The notes beneath the pieces were generated by a model. The model was not told the DNA's origin. It worked only from the letters and a program-made list of their open reading frames with translations, and ran no database searches. This document shows positions 24,014-35,674 of a DNA stretch of 64,000 nt, in pieces; the first letter of the stretch is position 1; the number at the start of each line of letters is the position of its first letter. Source of the DNA: Azolla caroliniana (lineage: Eukaryota > Plantae > Polypodiophyta). A program made the position numbers and the translations under genes. The stretch is from assembly GCA_043228905.1 (NCBI GenBank), contig JBHGNT010000006.1, forward strand, positions 14,012,001 through 14,076,000, read 5' to 3'.

Positions 24014-27000
24014 ATGGAAGGCGGCGGCAGCGGGCAGCCGGGGATGATGGTGCTGAATGCGCAGAATTACACCGACTGGAAGATCAAGATGGAGGATCTT
24101 CTGACTGTTCGGGACCTGTACGAACCGATTGACAGGTCGGAAATACCGAAAGGGGTACTTGAGTCGGAATGGAGGCTTCTGAACCGGAAAGCCGTTGCAA
24201 CCATTCGGCAATACGTAGACGTGAGCGTTCTACAACATGTGGCAAACGACACCAACGCATATGAGATGTGGAAGAAGCTGTCGGGCCTCTACGAGAGGAA
24301 AAATGCGTTGAACCGGACCTCCCTGATGAGGAAGATAGTGAACCTAAAGTACCGGGACGGCGAGAGTATGGTGGAACACGTAAGCACGTTCATGGGATTC
24401 GTGAATCAGCTTGCGGCGATCAAGTTCCCGTTGGAGGATGCAATGCAAGCCATCATTCTGATGTGTACATTGCCGGATAGCTGGGAGAACTTGGTGGTGA
24501 CTCTCAGCACCTCCTGCACGGAAGATAACTTGTCCCTACAAACGGTAAAGACAAGTATTTTGAACGAAGAAGCGCGTCGGAGAGATAAGGAACCGGCCTC
24601 CGACTCAAAGGCGCTGCTTACCGAATCGGAACGGGGAAGACAATGGAACCGGAGTCCGCAAAGACGGGAGAAGTCGGGGACCCGGTCGCAGTCAAGAGGA
24701 AGACCCACATGCTTCCACTGTGGGAAGCCGGGGCACTTCCGGAAGAATTGTCGGCATTACCGAAAGGACAACGGAGCCAACGACACCGATTCGAAGAAGT
24801 CACCGGAGAGAAACGGTGCATACCAGGGAGCCACGGACCGGAGAGGTCCGGATCGGCGAGGGCAGGACCGGAAAGGAACGACGGCACTCGCGGCAAGTGA
24901 AGAGGAAATCATGCTCATCACCGAAGAAGGTGAACTAAACATTGCCGGCGATGAGACGACCTGGGTGGTCGATTCCGGAGCATCGTTCCACCTGACCCCG
25001 GAGAGAAGATACTTCTCATCCTACACAGCCGGCGAGCATGGCTGTGTTCGGATGGGAAATGAAGGTACATGCCGGATTGCCGGCATAGGAGACGTGTGGT
25101 TGACAACCTCGACCGGATGCAAAATGCTGCTGAAGGATGTCCGACACGTTCCGGAGGTTCGATTGAACCTGATTTCGGCCGGGAGGCTAGACGATGAAGG
25201 CTACACAGGTAGCATCCGGAACGGCGTAATGAAGTTCAGCAAGGGGAGCCTGATAGTGGCTCGGGCCCGGAAAGACAACACACTGTACCTGATGAATGCC
25301 CGGTTATGTCCGGAAGAGCTGAATGTGGCAGCCGACACTGCCGGTGAGCTGTGGCACAAGAGACTGTGCCACATGAGTGAGAAGGGGATGAAGAGGCTTG
25401 CAGAAGACAACCTTATTCCAGTGAAGCATGTGCACCTGGAGAAGTGCACCGATTGCCTGGCCGGTAAGCAGAACCGAGCCTCTTTCCACTCAAGGCCACC
25501 GACGAGACGTAGCGCACCATTGGAGGTGGTGCACACTGACGTGTGTCAAGTAGAAACGAAGTCACATGGCGGAGCCCAGTACTTCGTGACATTCATAGAT
25601 GACCATAGCCGGAAGCTGTGGATGGCACCGTTGAAGACAAAGGACCAAGTATTGTCCGTCTTCAAAGAACTTCACGCGAGAGTGGAAAGGGAATCCGGCA
25701 AGAAGCTGAAAGCGATACGAGCGGATAACGGAGGGGAATACCGGGGGCAGTTCCAGGAGTACTGTCGCTCGAAGGGAATCCGACTCGAGTTTACTGTGCC
25801 GAAGACGCCGGAACTGAACGGGCTGGCCGAGAGGATGAACCGGACCATAATGGAGAGGGTCCGGAGTATGCTGGCGCATGCGAAATTACCCAAGGGGTTT
25901 TGGGCTGAGGCAATGTCGACGGCGACATACGTGATAAACAGATCACCCTCAGTACCTTTGGACGGAGACACGCCGCAGAAAGTGTGGACCGGTAAGGAAG
26001 TGTCCTACCGGCATCTGACGGTATTTGGGTGTCTCGCATACGTGCATGTGGCAAAGGACCGGAGAGGAAAGCTAGATCCAAAGACCCGGCCATGCATATT
26101 CCTCGGTTACGGCGATGACGAGTTCGGCTACCGAGTATGGGACCCGGTCGACAAGAAGATATTCAGGAGTCGAGACATCATCTTCATGGAGGACAAGACA
26201 CTCGCCGACTGGGAGTCGGAGAAGAAGATGAAGAGCTCCAAGTCGACCGGTGAGGATCAACTCTACGAGGAGCAGTCCCGACCGGCAAGGGACCGGTTAG
26301 CACTCGAGGATCCGGCCGAAGACGGTGAAGAAACAGAACCGGCCGAAGAAGATGAAAATGATACCGGAACCGGCCCCGATCCCGAAATGGATTCGGATGA
26401 AGAGGAAACGGAGGAGCCGGTTACCGAAGCTCCGGAACGGAGATATCCTCTAAGAGAGAGAAGGGCCCCCCGGAGATTTCCGGAACCAGAGCACGTGCTG
26501 CTGACCGACGAAGGGGAGCCGGAAAGCTTTGAAGAAGCGAAGCATGACACCCATAGCCGCAGGTGGTTAAGTGCCATGCAGGAGGAGATGGATTCCCTGC
26601 ATGAGAACCACACATATGAACTTGTGGAGCTGCCGAAAGGAAAACGGGCACTCCGTAACAAGTGGGTGTTCAAGCTGAAACCGGGAGATGCCGGAAACCC
26701 CCCGAGATACAAAGCCAGGATCGTGGTGAAGGGGTTTCAGCATAAGAAGGGCGTCGACTTCGACGAGATATTTGCCCCGGTAGTGAAGATGACCTCCATC
26801 CGGACGGTGCTGAGCATAGCGGCAAGCATGGACCTCGAGGTAGAACAGATGGACGTGAAGACGGCATTCCTTCACGGTGACCTCGATGAAGAGATCTACA
26901 TGCAGCAACCGGAAGGATTCGAGAAGAAAGGGAAGGAGCACCTGGTATGCCGGTTGAAGAAGAGCCTTTACGGACTGAAGCAGGCTCCCCGGCAATGGTA

Positions 27001-28087
27001 CCGGAAGTTGGACTCTTTCATGACCGACGAAGGGTACCTCAAAACGCAGTCCGACCACTGCGTGTTTGTGAAGAAGTTCGAAGGAGGAGACTTTCTAATA
27101 CTCCTCCTGTACGTGGACGACATGTTGATCGTCGGACGGGACCAGGGCAAGATACGGATGCTGAAGAAAGCACTTCACCGAACCTTCTCAATGAAGGACC
27201 TGGGTCTGGCGAGGCAAATACTAGGGATGCACATCATCCGAGACCGGAAGAAGAAACAGTTGTGGCTGTCACAGGAGAAGTACGTAACAAAGGTGCTTCA
27301 CCGGTTCAACATGTCGGAAGCAAGACCGGTCGGATCAACTCTCCCGGCAAACTGCAAGCTGTCCAGCAGGCAAAGCCCCAAGACAAAGGCTGAGAAAGAG
27401 GACATGATGAAAGTACCATATGCCTCTGCCGTCGGGAGCTTGATGTATGCCATGGTGTGTACGAGACCGGACATAGGATATGCAGTCGGAGTGGTGAGCC
27501 GGTACATGAGCAATCCCGGCAAAGAACACTGGAACGCGGTCAAGTGGATATTGCGATATCTGAAGGGCACGGCAAACGTGTGCCTCCGATTCGGCTCCGG
27601 TAAGCCCGAACTCGACGGCTTTACCGATTCGGATATGTCGGCTGATGCAGATACCAGCCGGTCCACATCAGGGTATGTGATGACGTATGCAGGGGGAGCT
27701 GTTTCGTGGCAGTTGAGGCTGCAGAAGACGGTTGCGTTGTCAACCACGGAGGCGGAGTACATGGCGGCTGTTGAAGCCGGCAAGGAAATGATATGGATGA
27801 AGGACTTCATTAGAGAGCTCGGTATCCGGCAGGAGGAGTACCGACTCTACTGTGACAGTCAGAGTGCCATCCACCTTGCGAAGAACGCGGCCTATCACTC
27901 CCGGACGAAGCACATCCAGCGAAGATATCACTGGATCCGGGAAAGGATAGAAGACCAGGAGTTCGTGCTGATGAAGATCCACATGGACGAGAACGGCTCA
28001 GATATGCTGACCAAAGTGCTCACACCCGACAAGTTGGAAGCATGCCGGAAGAGGATTGGATTGGAGAGACATCCCATGCCGAAGTGA
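24014..28087 (+). CDS. copia Gag-Pol polyprotein (gag-CCHC-PR-INT-RT-RNaseH), 1357 aa, uninterrupted
   Basis: Motifs CFHCGKPGHFRKNC, WVVDSGAS, LWHKRLCH...C..C, HTDVC/ADNGGEY/NGLAER, YVDD and SRTKHIQRRYHWIRE. Confidence 0.98.
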   Translation: MEGGGSGQPGMMVLNAQNYTDWKIKMEDLLTVRDLYEPIDRSEIPKGVLESEWRLLNRKAVATIRQYVDVSVLQHVANDTNAYEMWKKLSGLYERKNALNRTSLMRKIVNLKYRDGESMVEHVSTFMGFVNQLAAIKFPLEDAMQAIILMCTLPDSWENLVVTLSTSCTEDNLSLQTVKTSILNEEARRRDKEPASDSKALLTESERGRQWNRSPQRREKSGTRSQSRGRPTCFHCGKPGHFRKNCRHYRKDNGANDTDSKKSPERNGAYQGATDRRGPDRRGQDRKGTTALAASEEEIMLITEEGELNIAGDETTWVVDSGASFHLTPERRYFSSYTAGEHGCVRMGNEGTCRIAGIGDVWLTTSTGCKMLLKDVRHVPEVRLNLISAGRLDDEGYTGSIRNGVMKFSKGSLIVARARKDNTLYLMNARLCPEELNVAADTAGELWHKRLCHMSEKGMKRLAEDNLIPVKHVHLEKCTDCLAGKQNRASFHSRPPTRRSAPLEVVHTDVCQVETKSHGGAQYFVTFIDDHSRKLWMAPLKTKDQVLSVFKELHARVERESGKKLKAIRADNGGEYRGQFQEYCRSKGIRLEFTVPKTPELNGLAERMNRTIMERVRSMLAHAKLPKGFWAEAMSTATYVINRSPSVPLDGDTPQKVWTGKEVSYRHLTVFGCLAYVHVAKDRRGKLDPKTRPCIFLGYGDDEFGYRVWDPVDKKIFRSRDIIFMEDKTLADWESEKKMKSSKSTGEDQLYEEQSRPARDRLALEDPAEDGEETEPAEEDENDTGTGPDPEMDSDEEETEEPVTEAPERRYPLRERRAPRRFPEPEHVLLTDEGEPESFEEAKHDTHSRRWLSAMQEEMDSLHENHTYELVELPKGKRALRNKWVFKLKPGDAGNPPRYKARIVVKGFQHKKGVDFDEIFAPVVKMTSIRTVLSIAASMDLEVEQMDVKTAFLHGDLDEEIYMQQPEGFEKKGKEHLVCRLKKSLYGLKQAPRQWYRKLDSFMTDEGYLKTQSDHCVFVKKFEGGDFLILLLYVDDMLIVGRDQGKIRMLKKALHRTFSMKDLGLARQILGMHIIRDRKKKQLWLSQEKYVTKVLHRFNMSEARPVGSTLPANCKLSSRQSPKTKAEKEDMMKVPYASAVGSLMYAMVCTRPDIGYAVGVVSRYMSNPGKEHWNAVKWILRYLKGTANVCLRFGSGKPELDGFTDSDMSADADTSRSTSGYVMTYAGGAVSWQLRLQKTVALSTTEAEYMAAVEAGKEMIWMKDFIRELGIRQEEYRLYCDSQSAIHLAKNAAYHSRTKHIQRRYHWIRERIEDQEFVLMKIHMDENGSDMLTKVLTPDKLEACRKRIGLERHPMPK

Positions 28088-28097
28088 AGGGGGAGTT

Positions 28098-28756
28098 TGT
28101 TGGGATTTCGGTCCCTCCGGATGGGATGTCCCCGGAGATAAATGACGGCAAGCCCGGTTGCGGTTACGGAGCCGGATGATGAAGACCCCGGTTACGGAGC
28201 CGGATGATGAAGACCCCGGCTACGGAGCCGGATGCTGAAGATCCCGGTTACGGAGCCGGATGACGAATGTACCCGGAGAGAGATCCGGATGCGGGGACAT
28301 ATTTGTGAATATGTTTGCCAAGAGCCCTTGAGGCTATATTTTGTAAATAGCCCGAAAGTCATATGTGTATAAATATGACTTAGGGCAAACAGTTTATGTT
28401 GCTACTCATTTTTTCTGTTTTTCCACTCAAGAGTGAAGAGAGAGAGCAGCCGAGAGAGAGAGAGAGATAGAGCGCGAGAGAGAAAGAGGTAGACGCCTCT
28501 GTGTATTTCCGCCGCCTGTGGCGAGGACAGCGAGCTCAAGGTTGTCGCCTTGCAGCTCGCCATTGTATACTTCTCTGTATAGTGTTGGTTTGGAGTCTTG
28601 GACTCCCGTGGTTTTTCCCGTCTAGGGTTTTCCACGTTAATCCCTGTGTGCTCGCGTCTTGTTTCTCCATGCGGTTCCTATTTTCTGCTCCATTGATTCG
28701 TGCTTACTTGGTTGTGGCCGAGCGGTGAAGGTGAATAGAAGCGTCTATTCCTATCA
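28098..28756 (+). repeat. 3' LTR of D
   Basis: Near-identical to 23325-23983. Confidence 0.97.
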
Positions 28757-29107
28757 CCAAGGACCGGATCGGTTGGGACCGATCGGTTAGGCCGTTAGGA
28801 AAGATATTCCGTGAGGAATATATTTGGGAATTAGTGTAAGAACTCTTAATGAGCATTGAAGTACTGTCAGTACTTCGGTCAGTCCTCCTAGGACTTGTAC
28901 AAAGTGTTCATTGAACACATATATGTTGTTGTTGTTGTTGTTTTCTTCTTTAGAAATATATACACACATTCTTCTTCGTGTCTTCTCTCTCACTCTCTCG
29001 GTCTCTCCCGCGTATACTGTGTAAGCTCAAGCTCTCCATTAAACCTGAGTGTTCTTCCTTCTGTTCTGTCTTTATACTTGCTTCCGCACGCTACTTTCTA
29101 CAGAGTT

Positions 29108-31351
29108 TGATGAGACGGCATCATGGTATGCCTTACCGGCTCCGACTTTTGACCCCGACACGATACCGGAGGATGAGGCTAGTGAGCCTAAACTGGTCTA
29201 GATAGGAGATGAAGACCTCAACACTCTAGAAGAGAGTCCTATCTCATTTCGGTTAAGTGAACCGAATGAGTGGTTCAGTTGGGATGACCAGTCGGATGAG
29301 GAACTAGCGAGTAATGGAGACTCTGTTGTGCTCTCCCCACGCAAGGAACCGAGGAGACAATTCACGCGCAAAGAGAAGTGGAAGAAGAAGAAGCTGGAAT
29401 ACGAAACCGGCAACGTTGAGTGGGATCGGAGCGAATCCGACTCCGGAAAGGATGAAGGTGGATCTTCGAGAATGAAGTCCGACCTAGCCAAGAAGGGCCC
29501 CAAACCGGGTAATACCAAGTTACGTCGGTCTTCCCGCCAAAAGAACCCCATGAAGCGGTACAGGTACAATGAGTACATGGCGCATCACTATGTGTACATG
29601 ACCAAGGTGGCGAAAGTGCGTGAGCCGGACAGATACGCAGAAGCGGCAAGGGACGCAAATTGGCATGCCGCTATGGAGGAAGAAATGCGGGCACTTGATG
29701 CCAACGATACATGGGACCTAGTTGACCCTCCCCAACACTATAAACCGATCGAATGTAAGTGGGTGTACAAGGTAAAGTATAATGTCGATGGTTCGGTTAA
29801 CCAGTACAAGGCTCGGTTAGTGGCGAAGGGATACGCATAGACCCACGGAATCGACTACGACGAGACCTTCGCTCCAGTAGCAGAGATGACAACGGTTGTT
29901 GGAGGTTGTTGCAGCACCGGTTGCGTAAGATGGGGTTTGCGGCCTCCAAGTCTGACTCTTCATTGTTCATCCGGCAAGGTCCGGACGGTCCGGTTTGCAT
30001 CTTGTTGTATGTTGATGATCTAGTCATCACCGAACCCGGACTCGATGAAATCAGTCGAGTCAAGTCCCAGCTGTCGGATGCATTTGAGATGAATGACCTG
30101 GGGGACCTTCACTATTTCCTTGGGATCGAGGTGATCCGAACCCCCGACGGCATATTGCTCTCACAAAGACACTATGTGTTGAATATGTTGTACAAGTTCG
30201 GCATGACGGAATTTTGACCGATCTCCACACCCCTGAACCAGAACCAGAAGCTCTGTCCCGACTCCGGACTGGCCTGCGATGAGAAGCGGTTCCGACAGAT
30301 CGTCGGAAGACTTATAAATTTGACAATCACCCAACCCGACATCAATTACCCGGTCGGCGTGATCAGCCAATATATGCAAAAGCCGACAGTGGAGCACCTT
30401 CGGTGCGCGCATCGAATTGTGCGATATGTGAGCGGCACAAAGGAACGAGGATTGTTATACCAGCATGGTATAACTGAAGAGCTAGTCGGCGACACCGATG
30501 CCGACTAGGCTAGCGATGCATCGGATCGCCGATCCACCTACGGCTATATGTTTTCCCTTGGTAGCGCGGTTGTTGCGTGGAGCAGCAAAAAGCAGCCAAC
30601 AGTGGCCCTTCGGAGCACTGAGGCTGAATACCGGGGTGCTACCGTTGCCACTTGTGAAACCATTTGGCTTCGGTGACTCCTGCAAGACCTATTGATCGAG
30701 GTACCGACCCCGATCCTGATCTACTCTAACAACATAAGCAGCATGCAGCTTGCCAAAAACACCGTATTCCATGCTCACACAAAGCACATAGAAGTGCACT
30801 ACCACTTCTTGCGTGAGCGTGTCCTGAGTGGTGAAGTCAAACTTCAGTATTTTCATATGGATCGGCAAGTTGCCGACATCTTCACCAAACCACTCGGATC
30901 GGACAAGTTGCAGTACTTAACCGAAATGCTTGGTGTTCAGCATCTCGATGTGCCACACTTGAGGGGGAGAATGGGCAAAAGCAAAGAAACTGTCGATTGC
31001 GTTGGTGAGGGAAGAACCGACAAAGGGAGAGACAAGAAGAAGAAAGGAGCTGAGTCGACAAAGGAAGTTGACACATCCGAACAAGTCGGAACAGGCGGCA
31101 ATGTCAATAAGGACAGAGCCGACCGGAAGAAGAAGGCCAAGACCTGGACATGGTTCGATGTGGTGAAGGGCCTGGAACCGGAAGACGAATCGGGAGCGAC
31201 CGATTCAGAAAAGAGTTGGAACGAATCGGAGATAGTTGATTCGGTTCAACAGACGGATTCGGTAGAACCGGATCAATTCAAGGCCAAGAGGACGAGAAGG
31301 CAGCAAAAGTCTACACCAACACGAAGGAATCAGCAAATCGACAAGCGCTGA
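29108..31351 (+). pseudogene. copia C INT end, RT, RNaseH and tail
   Basis: ORFs 29328-29840, 29906-30217 (LYVDD) and 30692-31351; deletion in RT near 29900. Confidence 0.88.
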
Positions 31352-31567
31352 AGTCACAGCAGCGAGGGAGCTGATCTGGGCATGTTGAGCAGACAAGCCG
31401 ACCGAGGAGGTCGAGGTGTGCAAAAACAGAAGGGTCGCGGTAAACGGGACCGGACCGCACGAGCAGCACGAGTGAGGCGGAGTGACGCCAGAAGGAGCTG
31501 GGTGGAAGGACTGGCTACCATGGAGACTGACACTACGATCCGACCTCAAGTTGAGCTTCAGGGGGAG

Positions 31568-31859
31568 TGTTGAGCAGCAAGCTCAACCAGATCCGGATCA
31601 GCTGAATAAGCCTAAGCCAGATCGGCATCCAGAAGGATGCGCTAGATCGGTGAGCCAGTTAGCCGGATCCATCAGTAACCGGAAGCCTAGTAGCAGCCTA
31701 GACTACTAGGTAGTTACTATCTCATAGTTAGTGTCAAACGCTTGTGTGAGCATTGAAGTACACCATACTTCTGTTAGTCCGTATGGACTTGTATAAAAGT
31801 GCACACTGAGCACATCCTATGTACAGATTGAGTATTATTTTGAATTGAGTTTTCTGTGT

Positions 31860-31895
<36 letters not shown>

Positions 31896-31944
31896 GCATT
31901 TCTATGTTCAGTTTTCTATTGCTTTCGCACGCTATTCTTCTACA
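31568..31944 (+). repeat. 3' LTR of C (contains (CT)n at 31861-31893)
   Basis: TGTTGAGC...TTCTACA after PPT. Confidence 0.9.
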
Positions 31945-32297
31945 CCTTGCTTGTGTGTTCGCGTGTCTTGTAACAAGGGACCGTTCGGGCTTGCCCATGC
32001 ACCTCTCTTTTCACAAAGGCATTCGAAACTTTGTCTCTCGTGTGTGCAAGTAAGCCTTTTCCTTGTGTGTCCGTGTATAAGCCTTCCTCACGTGCATTCG
32101 TTCGCCTTGTGACTAGGGCTTGATTCGGGCTTGCCCATGCACCTCTCCTTTTCACAGACACGTTCGAATACTCGTGCCTTGTTTGTGTTGGACTTCCTTG
32201 TGTTGAGCGTTTGAGCGCTATTTCCTTCCCGGCCATAACCCTGGCAGTTCCGGCTCATGATCCGCACAGAGTGACAGATTTTCACGACATAATAAAG

Positions 32298-32315
32298 TGG
32301 TGAACCCGATGTGAA
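32298..32315 (+). other. primer binding site, tRNA-Trp
   Basis: TGGTGAACCCGATGTGAA matches 17/18 nt of the complement of the plant tRNA-Trp 3' end (TTCACGTCGGGTTCACCA, from recall). Confidence 0.8.
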
Positions 32316-32359
32316 GAGGCGGTAGGAAAGATCAAATGCTTGAAATAGAAGGTTAGAAG

Positions 32360-33019
32360 ATGGCTTCCTCAACAAACAGCCAAGCTGACGAAGTGGCAAA
32401 GTTGGTGTCTATTGTCGAGCATATGATGAGAGCTCGAGATAATGATGCAATCTTAGACAAGGCCATCGACCGAACCATTAAGATAGCAGACCAATTTGGT
32501 GGAAGAAACATTGCGGATTTTCTTGCTACATACAAGACGAAGATGCAATAACGTAATGTCCTCGAAGAGAAGCAAATATCAAGCTTCAAGCGTATTATAG
32601 CAAATGGGTTACAAGGCCGTATAAGGGAGATTCAAGCCGCCCAAACAACATGGGTGGGATTTAAAAGGGCGCTTTTGGCTGAGGATATCCCTGAAGATGC
32701 GTCGAGGATGACTCGTCATACGTTGATGAAGTGGATCGAGAAGAAGGGGAAGAACATGAACACATCGGGAGTGTACACCGAATTTGACCAAATATACAAC
32801 CGTCTTCCGAGAACCGGCCAGACACTTCTCGAAGGAGATAAAGTTTTGTACTTCTTAAATGCAGTGGATGCAAAAGATAGACGAGAACTAGGTAGTCTAT
32901 TAGAGGATGAAGCACAACCCAACGGTCTCATAACAGATTGGGTTGCGGTAAGAAGAGCATGTGATCGATTTGACAAATGTCATCGATGGCTAGATGATTC
33001 CGACATGGCGGTGTCTTGA
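32360..33019 (+). pseudogene. gypsy gag remnant
   Basis: QFGGRNIADFLATYKTKMQ* and KVLYFLNAVDAKDRRELGSLLEDE...GLITDWVAVRRACDRFDK are homologous to Gy1 gag. Confidence 0.82.
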
Positions 33020-33804
33020 TGTTTCTAACACATAGTGTGAAATCACCCTCGAAAACAAGCAAAATCGTAGTTTAAATAAACTAGTATTGTGAAGTCAACT
33101 TTATTGGCAGCAAAAGTACTTTTTTATTTGCCAAATATAATTCCATATAAATAAAAGGTCAAAGGACTGAACCTTATTATAAATAATGATAAATATTAAG
33201 TTAGAGGCAGTTTTCAAAAGTAGACAATAGTAGAGAAAAAGATGGAGAGAAAAAAAAGAAGCACGCATAGATATGAGGAGCACAATAGAGAAAAAAACTC
33301 ATAATTTCCTCGTCAAATGTCCAAATTAGAAAGAAAACATGCATAAGAGAGCTAACCTAGAGATCATTCCAAGAATATCTTGCATATGAAATTTCGGGCT
33401 AGAAAACAGAAATAGTGAGGAAAAGAAAAGTTGACTCATATAGACAAGCTTTTTCTTAGGGGAAAAAGGCAAGCAATCCTAAACCTATAAATAAGAGCCT
33501 ATTCTAGTGAAGAAGGGGGCGAGGTAGAAGGAATGCGGAAGCTCTACTCAATTGGAAGTCAAAAGAAGAAGGATCAACAACGTCCAGAGGCATCATCAAC
33601 AAAGATGACCTTCTTCTATATTCCACTCTGTTCTTTCCTCCACCTCTCTTCCCCCTTCCTTTATAAACGATCTCTCATATTCATATCAAACCCGTTCTAA
33701 AATTGATTCTTATTTTACAAAAGAATCTATTATATTGTAATAAACTAATGTTTGGTTTCACCTACGTGTCTTATATGTTATTGTCATTTGTGCTTATTTA
33801 TTTG

Positions 33805-34260
33805 TGTGTCTTGTGACAAGGGAGCGTTTCGGGCTTACCCATGCACCTCTTCTTTCACAAAGGCATTCAAACTTTCGTGTCTTGTGTGTTAGTGTAAATC
33901 TTGCCTCTTTGATCGTGCGACTTGTGGCAAGGGAGCGTTCGGGCCTGCCCATGCACCTCTCTTTTCACAAATGCATTCAAAACTTTGTCTCTCATGTGTG
34001 TAAGTAAGCCTTTTCCGTGTGTCTCCCATGTGTGAACCTTGCTTGTGTGTTCACGTGTCTTGTAACAAGGGAGCGTTCGCGCATGCCCATCCACCTCTCT
34101 TTTCACAAAGGCATTCGAAATTTTGTCTCTTGTGTGTGTAAGTAAGCCTTTTCCTTGTGTATCCATGTGTAAGCCTTCCTCACGTGCATTCGTTCGCCTT
34201 GTAACTAGGGGTTGATTCGGGCTTGCCCATGCACCTCTCCTTTTCACAAACACGTTCAAA
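33805..34260. repeat. ~110-140-bp tandem repeats inside the Gy2 LTR
   Basis: CTTGTGACAAGGGAGCGTTCGGGCTTGCCCATGCACCTCTCTTTTCACAAAGGCATTC-like core x4, also x2 at 31962-32160. Confidence 0.8.
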
Positions 34261-34381
34261 TGCTCGTGCCTTGTTTGTGTAAGACTTCTTTGTGTTGTGC
34301 ATGTGAGCCCTATTTCCTTCCCGTCCATAACCCCGGCGGTTCCGCCTCATGATCCGCACATAGTGACGGATTTTCACAACA

Positions 34382-34985
34382 ACATGTGGTTCGTCGACTC
34401 CGGTGCCTCATATCACATAATGTCACACCAAGAGTGGTTTCGTGACATAAGAACGCTAGATCGAACCAACTTCATAGAGATAGGAGAGGACACCACACAT
34501 CCCATTTTGTACATCGGCAACGATGACCAAAGCAATTCCATCAAGAATGTCTTGCATGTTCCGACAATAACAAAGAATTTGGTCTCGGTCGGCTAAATAG
34601 CGGAGCATGGCATGGAAGTTTGTTTCAACAACGAAGGATGCTTCATAGAAAAATCTGGTCGACTCATAGCTAAGTTACCGAGAGACGTTCGAATGTTCAG
34701 TCCCGATTCGAATGAGGTAAAATCGGCCATGTATGCCAAAGGTCTCAACGGAGACCTTTGGCATACATAGAGTTGTGGCACAAGAGAATCGGCCACATCA
34801 ACCTCCAACGGCTCCGAGCTATGCAATCAATGGAAGTCTTCATCGGACTTCCGGCCTCCTCGACGGAGTGTGCGAAGCATGCCAATTCGGCAAACAAAGT
34901 TAAGCAAAGGCCTCCTCGACGTCATACATTCGGATGTATGGGGACCGGTTCAAATGTCGGCAATCGGTAGATGCCAATACTACGT
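34382..34985 (+). pseudogene. old copia PR/GAG-pre-integrase remnant
   Basis: WFVDSGAS, LWHKRIGH, HSDVWGP. Confidence 0.82.
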
Positions 34986-35674
34986 TGTCACGATATTCCG
35001 CGTGGACGTGTTGAAATGGGGCAGGACCACTGGAGTCTTGAACCGAGGATCCAGTAGGAGTAGGAAGGTCTTCCGCGTATATTCGTCGAAACGGTTAACA
35101 GTCACATACCTGACGCCGGACAATGCGTAGGATCAGAGATGTGTTTGTTCTAGACCGGTTGTATGATAATGAGCAGTAAGCCATTAACGGAGACAGAATC
35201 GGATACAATGAAACAAAATAGATTATGCAAAGAGGAGTACAATCGGATTTTCCCGATATCTGAGCTACACTCTCTCTAAACACACACACACACACAAACA
35301 AACAAACAGATAGAAACTTAGGACGGTGAACCTCTGGTCGGGAGCTCACAGGCTTCACCTTCTTCTTGGAGTCAGTACAGAGCACAAGACAGAGAGAGAA
35401 TAGATAGAGAGAGCTCGGCACTTAAACCGACAACATTTCTTCCTCCCAAATCATGGATCCCCAAACAGTCTCAAACCTCCCTTTTTATAGTGCAAGGGGA
35501 GGTCGTTACATCACCATAAAGCCATCCACTTTCGTCTAGAGATTTCCCTTGATTTCCTCCATTGGATATTATTCTTATTCTCTATGTTGTGGCCTTAAAG
35601 TACCTATCGAATCCCTCCTACCTAGTATTCCTCAATACTTAAACTAACACTAACTTATTTACACATGACTGTAC
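34986..35674. repeat. probable LTR fragment of an unrelated element, cut by G
   Basis: Starts TGTCACG exactly where the copia coding sequence breaks; non-coding; TATA-like TTTTATAG ~35483. Confidence 0.5.

Larger units (their letters stand above)
23325..28756 (+). mobile_element. intact Ty1/copia element D (Tnt1/Tork-like)
   Basis: 659-bp LTRs at 23325-23983 and 28098-28756 (~5 mismatches by eye); TSD CCAAG at 23320-23324 and 28757-28761; PBS 23987-23998; PPT 28086-28095. Confidence 0.98.
18002..29102 (+). mobile_element. Ty1/copia element B, full length, decayed ORF; 3' LTR split by D
   Basis: 5' LTR 18002-18387; PBS 18388-18399; PPT 23266-23276; 3' LTR 23277-23324 plus 28762-29102; TSD GAGTT at 17997-18001 and 29103-29107. 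Confidence 0.96.
17494..31944 (+). mobile_element. Ty1/copia element C (5'-truncated), interrupted by B
   Basis: INT 17494-18001 resumes at 29108 (RDVEF|DE split by TSD GAGTT); RT, RNaseH and tail ORF 30692-31351; PPT 31557-31567; LTR 31568-31944. Confidence 0.88.
31945..34381 (+). mobile_element. non-autonomous gypsy-type element Gy2: partial 5' LTR, tRNA-Trp PBS, gag, 3' LTR
   Basis: 31945-32289 repeats at ~34037-34381 (ends TTTTCACGACA / TTTTCACAACA); PBS 32298-32315; gag remnant 32360-33019. The 3' LTR start (~33085) is uncertain. Confidence 0.8.
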
